Origin: an uncultured Chloroflexia bacterium
GTDB taxonomy: Bacteria > Chloroflexota > Limnocylindria > Limnocylindrales > CSP1-4
NCBI GenBank assembly: GCA_963712735.1
Contig: CAVQIZ010000001.1
Span: 23,111-87,110 of the forward strand
Length of the DNA stretch: 64,000 nucleotides
Reading direction: 5' to 3'
The notes under the pieces are model-generated. The model was not told the DNA's origin, made no database searches, and worked only from the letters and a program-made list of their open reading frames with translations. Shown here one piece after another: positions 1 to 10,393 of this stretch (positions within the stretch are counted from its first letter, which is position 1; every line of letters begins with the position of its first letter). A program made the position numbers and the translations under genes.

Positions 1-196
1 GGACCTGGGCCAGCCGCTCGGCGTGGCTGCGGTTGCGCCCCCAGATCGCCGGCACCGGGATGCCGGCCGCCTTGTAGACCGGCAGGTGGCCCACGTCGAG
101 GATGGCGCCGGTGCCGACGATGCCGATGGGTCGGATGTAGCGCTCGGGCAGCGACAGATCGCAGGCCTCGGCGATCTCGGCGAGCAGGCCGATCAC
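1..196 (-). CDS. Gfo/Idh/MocA family oxidoreductase, 5' part (runs off window start)
   Basis: Manual minus-strand translation VIGLLAEIAEACDLSLPERYIRPIGIVGTGAILDVGHLPVYKAAG has a Rossmann GxG motif and resembles the N-terminus of the 18542 gene; promoter and operator lie upstream. Confidence 0.7.
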   Translation of the reverse strand, partial: MIGLLAEIAEACDLSLPERYIRPIGIVGTGAILDVGHLPVYKAAGIPVPAIWGRNRSHAERLAQV

Positions 197-250
197 GTTG
201 CCACGCTCAGCACGTCCATGGCCGCATGTATAGCAACGTCAGGCAGCCAA

Positions 251-264
251 GTCAACCGGTTGAC
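251..264. promoter_or_regulatory. LacI-type operator, copy 1 (GTCAACCGGTTGAC)
   Basis: Perfect palindrome with central CG; on the minus strand reads TTGACT-17nt-TATACA. Confidence 0.85.
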
Positions 265-349
265 CAACGGCTGCCGACGCGTGGCAGCGCGATCGGACCC
301 TGGCTGCCCAGCCAGCGGCCGCGTGGTCGGCCAGGCAGCCATCGGGCGG

Positions 350-1409
350 TCAGCCCCGCGGCCGCTCGGCGAGATAGGACGTCCTCGCCGGTGCGCCCGA
401 ACCGGCCGCCGGCGCTGCCACCGTCGCGCCCTCGGAGATGCCGATCTCCTCGTTCAGCGTCTCGCGGATGGGGGCGTCCCAGGGCGTGTCCAGGATGAGC
501 TCCACTGCCCTGCGGCCCAGCTGCCGCAGCGGCATCTCCACGCAGGTCATGGCCGGCAGGCGGTACTCCTCCGCGGGCAGCTTGTGGATGGCGATGAGCG
601 AGACGTCCTGCGGTACCCGCAGGCCCCGCTGGTGCAGCTGGTGCCAGACTCCCAGGCCCTCGTTGGCGTCGGCGGCCACGATGGCCGTCGGCGGCTCGGC
701 GCTGGTGAGGAACTGGTCCACCGCACGGGCGCCGCCGGCGGGCGTGTAGTCGGCGCTGACGACCCAGCTCGGGTCGAGCCAGAGGTCGGCGGCTGCCATG
801 GCGTCACGGAAGCCGTTCTGGCGCCGCTCGGCCGTGTCCACCCCGGCCGGGCCGCCGGCCCAGGCGATGCGCTGGTGCCCCGCTGCGATGAGGTGCTCGG
901 TCGCCAGGCGTGCGGCACGTGCGTCGTCGAGGATGACCCAGCGCTCGGCACCGACCGAGCGACGGTTCACCAGCAGGGTGGGCACGCGCGGATCGTGGAA
1001 CAGGTCTTCGGCGTCGTAGCCGGCGCGCAGGCCGGCCACCAGGGCACCGTCCACCGCGCCGCCGCGCAACAGCCGCAGGTACCGTTCGGTCAGCTCGCCC
1101 TCGTGCGAGGCCGTCCACAGCAGCAGGCCACGCTCCGCGGCCACCTCCTCTGCGCCGGCGATGACCGACACCATCAGCGGGTTGCCGGAGGGGACCAGCA
1201 GCGCGATGGCGCCGGCGCGGGCACGCGCCAGGCCGCGGGCGTGGAAGTTGGGTCGGTAGTGCAGCGCCGCCGCGGCCTCCCTGCACCCGCTGGCGCGTCT
1301 CCTCGCGCACCCGCAGCGTGGGGTCGTCACTGAGGACCTTGGACACGACCGCGCGATCGACGCCAGCGCGCCTGGCGACATCGGCGATGGTCGTGTGCGT
1401 CTCGCTCAA
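350..1409 (-). CDS. LacI family transcriptional regulator (frameshift near 1290)
   Basis: HTH TTIADVARRAGVDRAVVSKVL in one frame joins hinge YRPNFHARGL and the sugar-binding domain in ORF 350..1381; TTG start overlaps the SDR stop. Confidence 0.9.
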
Positions 1410-2181
1410 TCGAACTCCAGGCCTCCGCAGACGTTGAGTGACTGGCCGGTCACGTAGGCCGCCGCCGTCCGAAAGCAGGAACTCGACTGCGGCGGCGACC
1501 TCATCGGGCGACTCGATGCGACCCAGCGGGATGCCCGCGACCATGCGCGCCACGGACTCCTCCCGGTGATGCCGAGCTCGCGCGCGGTCTGCTCGTGGAT
1601 GGCATCGGTCATGGCGGTGTCCACCACGCCGGGGCATACCGCGTTGACCCGGATGCCGTGCTTCGCCAGCGCCACCGCGGACGAACGCACGACGCTGATG
1701 ACGCCGGCCTTGCTGGCGGCGTAGTCGACCGCCGTGGCGCGCGGGCCCCGCCCGGCCACCGATGAGATGGCCACCATCGCGCCGCCGTGCCCCGCGGCGA
1801 CCATCCGGCGCGCGGCTCGCTGCAACACCAGCCAGGTGCCGGTGAGGTTCACGCCGATGGTGCGCTCCCAGGCCGCTGGCTCCAGCTCCAGGTAGTCCGC
1901 CTTCTTGATGATCCCGGCACACGTCACCGCGGCGCTGATGCGGCCCGAGCTCCGACTCGGCAGCGTCGAGCGCGGCCTCGACGGAGTCCGCTTCGCGCAC
2001 GTCCACGGCGACGGCGCAGGCCCGGCCGCCGGACGACCGGATGCGTGCCGCGAGCGCGTCGGTGTGCGTGGTGTCGAGGTCGAGGAGTCCGACCGCGTAG
2101 CCGACCCCGGAAAGGCGCAGTCGCGATGGCCGTCCCGATGGCCCCGCCGGCGCCGGTGATGATGGCGACTTCCTGGGACAC
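1406..2181 (-). CDS. SDR family oxidoreductase (frameshifted)
   Basis: VAIITGAGGAIG, YAASKAG catalytic motif, VNAVCPGVVDT, VTGQSLNVCGG; GGAGG RBS before GTG 2181. Confidence 0.88.
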
Positions 2182-2259
2182 TCGGCACCTCCCACGCTCG
2201 CGAACGGCCAGGCAACGGATGTCGGCTGGCATGGACTGTAGGCGACCGTCGCTCCCGGA

Positions 2260-2273
2260 GTCAACCGCTTGAC
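2260..2273. promoter_or_regulatory. LacI-type operator, copy 2 (GTCAACCGCTTGAC)
   Basis: One mismatch from the palindrome; minus strand TTGACT-18nt-TACAGT upstream of the SDR-lacI unit. Confidence 0.8.
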
Positions 2274-2286
2274 CATGCGCCTCCGG

Positions 2287-2749
2287 TCAGCCCGGCTGGA
2301 CGAGCTCCACGCGGATGCGGTCGGGGTCCAGCAGGTACACGCTGCGCCCGTCCTTCCAGCGCCCGGCGGTGGGAGTCACGGGCGTAGCGACGGCTCCGTG
2401 GCCGGCCTCGATGGCACGCTGGTAGATGGCCTCCACGTCGTCCACGATGAAGCAGATGTGCGCTGTCCCGGGGTGAGCCGTACCCGGCTCCGCGGGCGCG
2501 CCGGCATGCGTCAGGACCTGCAGCAGCTCGAGCATGATCCCCGACGCGGCATCGACCAGCAGGCAGGTGTCGAGGCGGACACCGGGATAGCCCGTCAAGG
2601 TGCCCAGGTAGCCTTCGTCACGCACGCGCCGCTCGATCTCATCGAGGCCGATGACGTCGCGGTAGAAGCGGATGGAGCGCTCGATGTCGGAGACGTGGAG
2701 CCCGATGTGTCCGAAGGCGACCGGGCGGCCGCGATCGACGCGTCTGCAT
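2287..2749 (-). CDS. VOC/glyoxalase family protein (start approximate, probable frameshift)
   Basis: FGHIGLHVSDIERSIRFYRDVIG, HICFIVDDVEA, YLLDPDRIRVELVQ. Confidence 0.8.
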
Positions 2750-2816
2750 CTACCGCAGCCTAGAGGATCCGGCGCCGGTCGATCGAGGGCACAGGCACGT
2801 GCTAGGTTCCTAGGCG

Positions 2817-3560
2817 ATGACGCAGCTCACGGGCCGACGGGTGATCCTCACGGGCGGTGCCTCGGGCATCGGTCGCGCCGCCGCGGAGCTGGTGGCGGAG
2901 CGTGGCGGGCGCGTCGTGGTCATCGACGTGGACCAGGAGGCTGGCGTGGAGCTCGCGCGGGTGGCCTCCGCAGCCGGCCAGGACCTCGCGTTCGTGCGCG
3001 CCGACATCTCGCAGGCGGAGGAGGTCGCGGCCGGCGTGGCCCGTGCGCTCGACCTGCTCGGGGGCGTGGATGTCCTCGTCAGCGCCGCCGGCATCATGCG
3101 CGGCCAGCAGCAGGCCATCGCCGACTTCGACGAGGCCACCTGGGACGACGTGCTGGACGTCAACCTCAAGGGCGCCTTCCTGGTGACCCGGCAGGTGGCG
3201 CCCGTCATGCTCGAGCAGGGACACGGGGTCATCATCCTGGTGGGCTCCAAGGCCGGGGTGACCGTTGGCAGCGGCTCCATCGCCTACGGTGCCAGCAAGG
3301 CCGGCGTCCACGGGCTGGCGCTGACGCTGGACCGCCACCTGGGCTCCAGGGGCATCCGCGTCAACGATCTCTGTCCCGGCGATGTCGACACGCCGCTCTA
3401 CCGTCGCTCGATCGCGGAGGGCGTGGAGCACGGCGCCGACCCGCGCGCCGCGGAAGCGGCGCTGGCCCGCCTCACGCCCGCTCGCTCGGTGGCGGAGGTG
3501 CTGGCCTTCCTCGTCTCGGATGCCGCCTCCGCGGTCCGCGGCACGGTCTTCACCAGCTGA
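2817..3560 (+). CDS. SDR family oxidoreductase
   Basis: TGGASGIG, YGASK, CPGDVDT. Confidence 0.92.
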   Translation: MTQLTGRRVILTGGASGIGRAAAELVAERGGRVVVIDVDQEAGVELARVASAAGQDLAFVRADISQAEEVAAGVARALDLLGGVDVLVSAAGIMRGQQQAIADFDEATWDDVLDVNLKGAFLVTRQVAPVMLEQGHGVIILVGSKAGVTVGSGSIAYGASKAGVHGLALTLDRHLGSRGIRVNDLCPGDVDTPLYRRSIAEGVEHGADPRAAEAALARLTPARSVAEVLAFLVSDAASAVRGTVFTS

Positions 3561-3561
3561 G

Positions 3562-4770
3562 ATGGCGACCGCGCGGCCGCGCATGAGCGATCGAACCCCG
3601 GCCCACCTCATCGACCTGCGCCGTGAGCTCCACGCGCACCCGGGCGTGCGCTTCGACGTCGAGCGCACCGCGGCCATCGTGGCCGAGCGCCTCCGCGCCG
3701 TCGGCTGGGATGTCACCACCGGCGTGGGCCGGACCGGCGTGCTCGCACGTACCTCCTCCGCCGAGCCTGGTCCGCACGTCCTGTTGCGCGCGGACATGGA
3801 CGCCATGCCCGTGGCCGACACCAAGGATGTCGACTATGCCTCCACGGTACCCGGCGTGGCCCATGCCTGCGGCCACGACGTCCATACCGCGATCATGGTC
3901 GGCGTGGCGGAGCAGCTGGCTGCCACGGGGCTGCCGCGGGGTCGGGTGAGCCTGATGTTCCAGCCCGCCGAGGAGACGCCCTACGGCACCGAGAGCGGTG
4001 CGCGCACGATGCTGGAGGACGGGCTCCTGGCCGATGGCGTGCCAGACGCGGCCGTAGCGCTGCACTGCTGGCCGGGGCTGCCGGCAGGCACCATCGGCAT
4101 CGACGAACGCATCGCCATGGCGGCCAAGGATGCCTACCGCATCGTGCTCCGCGGCCGCAGCGCGCATGCCGCCACGCCGTCGGGCGGGCGCGATGCCATC
4201 CTCGGCGTCGCGCAGCTCATCAGCGCACTCCATGCCGGCATCGCCCGCAGCCTCGATGCGGCCGACCGGGCCGCCTTCAACGTGGGCACGGTGCGGGCCG
4301 GTGCCTCGCAGTCGGTGGTGGCTGACGAGGCTGAGATCACCGGCACCATCCGCACGCTGGAGCCCGGGGTGCGTGCGCGGCTGACCGCTGCCACCGAGCG
4401 CATCACCGACGGCATCGTGGCAGCGATGGGCCTCGAGAGCGAGCTCACCTGGATGGAGCCGCTGCCGGCCGTCGTCAACGACCCTCGCGTCGTCGCCTGC
4501 GGCCTGGAGGTCGCTCGCGAGCTGCTGGGCCCGGACGGTGCCATCAGGCTCAGCGAGCCACCCATGACCGCCGATGACTTCGCCTTCATCGCCGCGCTCG
4601 CGCCTTCGCTCTACTTCAAGCTCGGCACCTGCGGCGCGCCGCCGTGCGCGCCGCTGCACAACGGCGCCTTCGACGTGGACGAGCGGGCCATCGGTGTCGG
4701 TCTGGCGGTCATGCTGGCGATCACCCGGCGACTGCTGGAGCAGCCCCTCGACCATCGGTCCACGGGCTGA
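3562..4770 (+). CDS. M20 family amidohydrolase
   Basis: RRELHAHP, LLRADMDAMP, HACGHDVH, FQPAEE, HNGAFDVDE. Confidence 0.9.
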   Translation: MATARPRMSDRTPAHLIDLRRELHAHPGVRFDVERTAAIVAERLRAVGWDVTTGVGRTGVLARTSSAEPGPHVLLRADMDAMPVADTKDVDYASTVPGVAHACGHDVHTAIMVGVAEQLAATGLPRGRVSLMFQPAEETPYGTESGARTMLEDGLLADGVPDAAVALHCWPGLPAGTIGIDERIAMAAKDAYRIVLRGRSAHAATPSGGRDAILGVAQLISALHAGIARSLDAADRAAFNVGTVRAGASQSVVADEAEITGTIRTLEPGVRARLTAATERITDGIVAAMGLESELTWMEPLPAVVNDPRVVACGLEVARELLGPDGAIRLSEPPMTADDFAFIAALAPSLYFKLGTCGAPPCAPLHNGAFDVDERAIGVGLAVMLAITRRLLEQPLDHRSTG

Positions 4771-4800
4771 CCGGAAGCGCACGAAAGGGAGGACCTGGCG

Positions 4801-5541
4801 ATGCAGCTGACCGATCGCATCCATCTCGTTGCCAGTGGCGCGCAGGGCTTCGGACTCACCCATCCCTCGGACTGTCACGCTTACCTCATCGACGGCGGCA
4901 GCGAGGCCGCCCTCATCGACGCCGGTGCCGGTGTCGAGCCGGAGGGCCTGTTCTCCCAGCTGGCCGCCATTGGCGTCGCGACCGACCGCATCCGACGCCT
5001 CTTCATCACCCACGCGCATGCCGATCACGCCGGCGGTGCCGCGAGCGTGCGTGAGCGGCTGGCCACCGAGGTCTGCTGCTCGCCAGAGGTCGCAGCCATC
5101 ATCCGCACCGGCGACGAGGCGCTGGCCAGCGTGGACGTGGGCAAGGCCCAGGGAGCCTACGCACCCGACTACCGCTACCGTGCCACGACGGTCGACACCG
5201 AGCTGGCCGATGGCCAGGTGATCCGCGTCGGCGACCTGGAGGTCGAGACGGTCGCCGCAGCGGGGCACTCGAGCGGGCATCTCGTGTTCCTGGTCCGCGG
5301 CGCCGGCCGCACGGACCTGTTCACCGGCGACACCCTCCTCTTCGGCGGACGCATCATCCTGCAGGACACGTGGGATTGCGACCTGCTGGCCCACCTGCGC
5401 ACGGTCCGCCGCCTTGGCACGCTCCAGTTCGGGGGACTCTTCCCGGGCCACCGCACGATCTCGATCAGCCATGGGAAGCGACACGTGGAGGCGGCCATCG
5501 ACGCGCTCGACCGGGGCGGCATCCCGCCCCTGCTCCTGTGA
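4801..5541 (+). CDS. MBL-fold metallo-hydrolase
   Basis: THAHADHAGG, GHSSGH, FTGD, PGH. Confidence 0.9.
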   Translation: MQLTDRIHLVASGAQGFGLTHPSDCHAYLIDGGSEAALIDAGAGVEPEGLFSQLAAIGVATDRIRRLFITHAHADHAGGAASVRERLATEVCCSPEVAAIIRTGDEALASVDVGKAQGAYAPDYRYRATTVDTELADGQVIRVGDLEVETVAAAGHSSGHLVFLVRGAGRTDLFTGDTLLFGGRIILQDTWDCDLLAHLRTVRRLGTLQFGGLFPGHRTISISHGKRHVEAAIDALDRGGIPPLLL

Positions 5542-5562
5542 ACGGGACCCGTGATCACGCTG

Positions 5563-5576
5563 GTCAAGCGGTTGAC
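5563..5576. promoter_or_regulatory. LacI-type operator, copy 3 (GTCAAGCGGTTGAC)
   Basis: Plus strand TTGACG-17nt-TATACC upstream of the ABC operon. Confidence 0.82.
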
Positions 5577-5673
5577 GGGTCGGTGCCACGCGGCTATACC
5601 TAGGCGGTCCAACGGGGCTCATGCCGGTCGAACACGGCCGCTGTCCCGGGTCAAGGGGGGATAGGAGGAACGG

Positions 5674-6865
5674 ATGAGGAAGGCTTTGCTCACGACTGCG
5701 GCCAGCGCTCTGCTGGTCGTCGCGTCGGTCCCGGCCGTCAGCGGCGCAGGACGCGTCGGCCGAAGACATCATCGCCGGTCTGCCGGAGGAACTCGCATCC
5801 CTGTACGACAACTACTCGGGCGAGGTCGTGCCGGCGCAGTTGCCGGAGATCGCGGCCGGCGAGGGACCCTGGAAGATGTGCCACTCTGAGTCGTTCCAGG
5901 GCAACCCCTGGCGCGTGGCGCTGTCCAACGAGATCGAGCGCATGGCCAACGAGTTCATCGAGGCCGGTGTGCTGTCCGAATGGAAGCAGACTGACGCCAA
6001 CGGCGATGTTCCGCTGCAGATCACGCAGGTGCAGTCCTTCATCGATGAGGGCTGCGACATCATCACCATGATCCCCGGCTCGACCACCGGGCTCGACGAG
6101 GTCATCGACAACGCCGCCGAGGCCGGCATCCCGGTCGTGACCGTCTCCGGTGCGGTGACCAACCCCAAGGCCATCAACGTGGACTGGAACTGGTATCGCT
6201 GGGCCTATGACATGGGCCAGGCGCTGGGCGAGGAGCTCGGCGAGGGCAACATCATCGTCGTCGAGGGCATCGCCGGTGCCCCCATCGTGGCCATGCAGGC
6301 CGAAGGCCTCGCGGCAGCGCTGGCAGACCAGCCGGGCCTCAACGTGGTCGCCACCGTCAACGGCGACTGGACGCCGACCACGACCAAGTCGGTCGTGCTG
6401 CAGACGCTGGCCACCAACCCGGCCGAGATCGACGGTGTCTGGACGTCCGGTTCCGAGAGCCGCCTCGTGACCGAGGCCTTCGTCGAGTCCGGCCGTGACG
6501 TGCCGCTCGTCACCGGCTCCATCTCCGGCGATGGCCTGGGCTACTGGAGCGAGAACCCCGACGGCTACCGCTTCACGGGCCAAGCCGTCCTGCCGGTCCT
6601 GAGCGGAAACCCGATGGTCCGCACCGCCGTGCGCATCCTTGAGGGCCAGGGCCCCAAGCTGAACACGCTGCTGTTCGAGCTGCCCCAGGTGACCCAGGAC
6701 GACCTCGGTGACTGGTATAGCGAGTGCATGACGTCGGATTCCTCGACGCTCTTCCCGATCTCGGTCGAGGATCCCTATCCGGACGCGGTGATCGATCCCT
6801 ACTTCGAGAACCCGGCTGCGACGCCGCCCTACGACTACGCCACCACGCCCGACCCCTGCGGTTGA
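5674..6865 (+). CDS. Sugar ABC transporter substrate-binding protein, RbsB-like fold (frameshift near 5743)
   Basis: Signal peptide MRKALLTTAASALL...AVSAQD; GNPWRVAL, AAEAGIPVV, GDWTPT; followed by ATPases and permeases. Confidence 0.85.
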
Positions 6866-6878
6866 CGAGGTGATCGTG

Positions 6879-6914
6879 CGGGCCCGGAGGGATCGAACCC
6901 TCTGGGCCCGTTTT
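6879..6914 (+). terminator. Stem-loop with U-tract after the SBP gene
   Basis: CGGGCCCGGAGGG-ATCGAA-CCCTCTGGGCCCG-TTTT. Confidence 0.65.
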
Positions 6915-6946
6915 CCTGCCAACGGGGAGGGACAGCAGCAGGGCCG

Positions 6947-7669
6947 ATGCAGGTACTCGTCGACAGCCTGAGCAAGAGCTACGGACCGACGCATGCGCTC
7001 GACCATGTCTCGGTCCAGTTCGAAGGCGGCACGGTCCACACCGTCCTGGGCGAGAACGGCTCGGGCAAGTCGACGCTCATCAAGGCCCTCTCCGGCGTGG
7101 TCGTGCCCGACGCCGGCTCGATCAGCATCGACGCCGAGCGTATCCGCCACGCCGACCCGCGCACGGCACAGCGCCACGGCATCCAGACCGTCTTCCAGGA
7201 GGTGCTCACGGCACCCAACCGATCCGTCGTCGAGAACGTGTACCTGGGCTACCACCCCTACCTGCGGGCACGCCTGAGCCGGGATGCGCAGGAGCGCCGA
7301 ACGCGCGAGCTGTTCGCCGAGCTCGGTGCTCCTGACGCCGATGTCCGGGCTGAGGCCGGCGAGCTGCCGCTGCTGCTGCAGCAGATCACCGTCATCGCAC
7401 GGGCCCTGCTACGCGAGCCGCGCGTGCTGATCCTCGACGAGGCGACCGCCGCGCTGGGCCTGGTGGAGCGCGACGCTCTGTTCAGGGTCATCCAGCGGCT
7501 GCGCGCCGATGGCGTCCTGATCATCTTCGTCTCGCATCGCATGGACGAGGTGGTGGAGATCTCCGACCGCGTGACGGTGCTGCGCAGCGGCCGCGCGGTG
7601 GACCACGTCGGCCGCGACGGGATCGTGCCGGCCCGCCTGCTCGAGCTGATGGCGCCGGAGGGGATATGA
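6947..7669 (+). CDS. Sugar ABC ATP-binding protein, N-terminal NBD as a separate gene
   Basis: Walker A GENGSGKS, Walker B VLILDE, H-loop VSHR. Confidence 0.88.
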   Translation: MQVLVDSLSKSYGPTHALDHVSVQFEGGTVHTVLGENGSGKSTLIKALSGVVVPDAGSISIDAERIRHADPRTAQRHGIQTVFQEVLTAPNRSVVENVYLGYHPYLRARLSRDAQERRTRELFAELGAPDADVRAEAGELPLLLQQITVIARALLREPRVLILDEATAALGLVERDALFRVIQRLRADGVLIIFVSHRMDEVVEISDRVTVLRSGRAVDHVGRDGIVPARLLELMAPEGI

Positions 7670-8439
7670 GCGGCCACGTGGTCATCGAGGCCAGCGGCAT
7701 CAGGCTCCGCGAGCACGCCCACGACTTCGACTTCAGGCTGGCCGAAGGCGAGATCGTGGGCCTGGCCGGCCTGGAGGGACATGGACAGGCCGCGTTCCTG
7801 GAGGCGCTCGCCGGCCATCGTCCGCCACTGGCCGGCAGCATCACGGTCGCCGACGGGGCTGCCAGGCACGCCATCACCGACGCCCACGCGGCCTACCGGC
7901 ACGGTGTCGTGTACCTGGCGCAGGACCGCAAGAGCGAGGGCATCTTCCCCTCGCTGTCGATCCTGGACAACTTCCGCATCCTCACGCTCGGCGAGGCCAG
8001 CCGCTTCGGCGTCGTCAGCAGGCGCCGGGCGCGCGAGGCCTTCGAGCGACATCGCCAGCGGCTCGACATCATCCTCTCCGGGCCCACCGCACCCATCACC
8101 AGCCTGAGCGGCGGCAACCAGCAGAAGGTGCTGCTGGCCCGCCTGCTGGAGGCACAGCCGCGCGTGATGCTGCTCAACGATCCCACGCGCGGAGTCGACT
8201 ACCCCACGCGACTGGCCCTCTTCGCGGTCTTCGAGCAACTCGCCGTGGAGGCCGACGTGTCCATCGTCGTGCTCTCGACCGAGATCGACGAGATCATCAG
8301 CCACAGCCATCGGGCGGTCGTCTTCCGCGAAGGCGCGCCGCGAGTGGAGCTCGACCGGAGCGAGCTCACGCGCGAGGCCATCCTCGCCGGCATGTTCGGC
8401 CTTGAGGTGCCGGACGGCTCGCCGGAGGCGGCGACGTGA
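7666..8439 (+). CDS. Sugar ABC ATP-binding protein, C-terminal NBD as a separate gene
   Basis: GEIVGLAGLEGHG, DRKSEG, LSGGNQQKVLLAR, NDPTRGVD. Confidence 0.88.
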   Translation: MSGHVVIEASGIRLREHAHDFDFRLAEGEIVGLAGLEGHGQAAFLEALAGHRPPLAGSITVADGAARHAITDAHAAYRHGVVYLAQDRKSEGIFPSLSILDNFRILTLGEASRFGVVSRRRAREAFERHRQRLDIILSGPTAPITSLSGGNQQKVLLARLLEAQPRVMLLNDPTRGVDYPTRLALFAVFEQLAVEADVSIVVLSTEIDEIISHSHRAVVFREGAPRVELDRSELTREAILAGMFGLEVPDGSPEAAT

Positions 8440-9371
8440 CAGCTCTCGCAGTCCGGCGCAGCTTCGGTGCCGGCGCCGGCATGGTCGTGACGCTGCTGGT
8501 CGTGCTGCTCGTCGTCAACGCCTTCCTCAATCCGGCGCGGCTGGCGCCGGCAGGCATCCTGACCACGCTCGGGCTGGCAGCGCCGCTGATGCTGGCGGCC
8601 CTGGCCACGACGCCCTCGATCCTGTCGGGCGGCGGCGGCATCGACATCTCGATCGGGCCCATGATCGGCTTCATCAACGTGGTCATGGTCACGTTCCTCT
8701 TCGGCAACGGCATCGAGTCGCCCATCGTGGCCATCCCGCTGATCCTGGCGCTGGGCGCGCTGCTGGGCGCGGTGAACGGCTTCCTGGTGGCGTACGTGCG
8801 GCTCCAGCCCATCGTTGCCACGCTCGGGACCTACCTGGTCTTCTTCGGCATCACGCCCTGGATCCAGCCGCGGCCCGGGGGCGATGCTCCCGAGTGGCTG
8901 CTGCGCCTGGGCGACGACTTTGCCTTCCTGCCGCTCGTCTTCGTCGGCATCCTCTGGTTCGTCATCTGGCGGACGCCCCTGTACGCCTATCTCATGGCCA
9001 TCGGCGGCTCGGCCAAGGCAGCCTATACGAGCGGGATCGAGGTCGCGCGGGTGAAGCTGCTGGCGTACGCCCTGGGTGGTGTCATCGCGGCCGTCGCCGC
9101 CTTCGCCCTGACCGCGCTCATCGGATCGGCCGACCCCAACATCGGCCCGCCCATCACGCTCAAGGCCATCGCCGCCGTGGCCCTCGGTGGAGTCAGCCTC
9201 GCGGGCGGGCGAGGCGGCTTCATCGGGGCCGGCGTCGGCGCGCTGGTCATCTTCTCCCTGGAACTGGCGCTCACCGGCACAGGCGCCTCCACCTTCGTGC
9301 TGCAGATGATCTTCGGCCTGGTGCTCGTGGCTGCCGTGCTCTTCAACGCACTCGTGGCGCGGCGACGATGA
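8436..9371 (+). CDS. Sugar ABC permease (RbsC-like)
   Basis: GGIDISIG, IVATLG, IAAVALGGVSLAGGRG. Confidence 0.9.
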   Translation: MTALAVRRSFGAGAGMVVTLLVVLLVVNAFLNPARLAPAGILTTLGLAAPLMLAALATTPSILSGGGGIDISIGPMIGFINVVMVTFLFGNGIESPIVAIPLILALGALLGAVNGFLVAYVRLQPIVATLGTYLVFFGITPWIQPRPGGDAPEWLLRLGDDFAFLPLVFVGILWFVIWRTPLYAYLMAIGGSAKAAYTSGIEVARVKLLAYALGGVIAAVAAFALTALIGSADPNIGPPITLKAIAAVALGGVSLAGGRGGFIGAGVGALVIFSLELALTGTGASTFVLQMIFGLVLVAAVLFNALVARRR

Positions 9372-10342
9372 GCCAGGCGAGCCGGGACGCCCTCGTGCGC
9401 CTACGGACCAGCATCGCGCTGCCGGTCATGCTCGGTGTGCTGCTGTTCGTCCTCGGAGCCGTGCTCATCCCCGGGTTCGCCAGCGAACGCAGCGTTCGCG
9501 CCATCCTCGTGCTGGCGTCGTTCGTCGGGCTTGCCTCGGTCGGCCAGAGCCTGGTCATCGTCATGGGCGGCATCGACCTCTCCATCCCGTTCCTCGTGGG
9601 CGTGGCCAACATCGTCGCCGCCGAGGCCTTCGGGGCCGGCATCGCCGACCCGCTCGTGCTCGTGCTGGTCGTGGGCCTGACCGCCTCGATCGGAGCGGTC
9701 AACGGGTTCCTGGCGCGTCGTTTCAACATCCATCCGCTCATCATCACCCTGGGCATCGGCACGGCGGCCCTGGCCGCGGTGCTCTGGTGGACGGCCGGGT
9801 TCCCCTCCGGCACGACTCCCAAGTGGATCACCGGCGTGATCTCCATGGCCGCGTCCACCGGGCCCATCCCGCTGCCGCCGATCGTCATCTTCTGGGCCGT
9901 CGTGGCGGTGTGCGTGGTGCTGGTGGAGCGCTCGACCTCCTATGGTCGCCGTCTCTTCGCGCTGGGCTCCAACCCGCGCGCAGCCGAGCTCGCCCTCGTC
10001 CGGCCGCTGCGGATGTGGGTCGCCACCTTCGCCCTGTCGGGCGCCTTCGCGGGCATCACCGGCATCCTCTACCTCGGCTTCACCGGCAAGGCCTCCGGCA
10101 CGGTCGGGGAGCCGCTGCTGTTCCAGACCATCGCCGCCGTCGTCATCGGCGGGACCTCGCTCATCGGCGGCATGGGCGGCTACGCCCGCACCGTGCTCGG
10201 CGCCATCGTGCTGATCCTGCTGGGCACGCTGCTGCTGGCGCAGGGCGTCCAGTCGACGCTCATCCAGGCCGCCACGGGCGTGCTCATCATCGCGCTCGTC
10301 TCGATCTACGGCCGAGAGGCGAAGTTGCGCGACACGATCTGA
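9368..10342 (+). CDS. Sugar ABC permease (RbsC-like)
   Basis: GGIDLSI, GRRLFALGSN, IAAVVIGGTSLIGG. Confidence 0.9.
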   Translation: MSQASRDALVRLRTSIALPVMLGVLLFVLGAVLIPGFASERSVRAILVLASFVGLASVGQSLVIVMGGIDLSIPFLVGVANIVAAEAFGAGIADPLVLVLVVGLTASIGAVNGFLARRFNIHPLIITLGIGTAALAAVLWWTAGFPSGTTPKWITGVISMAASTGPIPLPPIVIFWAVVAVCVVLVERSTSYGRRLFALGSNPRAAELALVRPLRMWVATFALSGAFAGITGILYLGFTGKASGTVGEPLLFQTIAAVVIGGTSLIGGMGGYARTVLGAIVLILLGTLLLAQGVQSTLIQAATGVLIIALVSIYGREAKLRDTI

Positions 10343-10393
10343 TCGGTCAGCGAAGGAGGAACCCAGGATGGAAGACCGGAGGTACACGACCCG

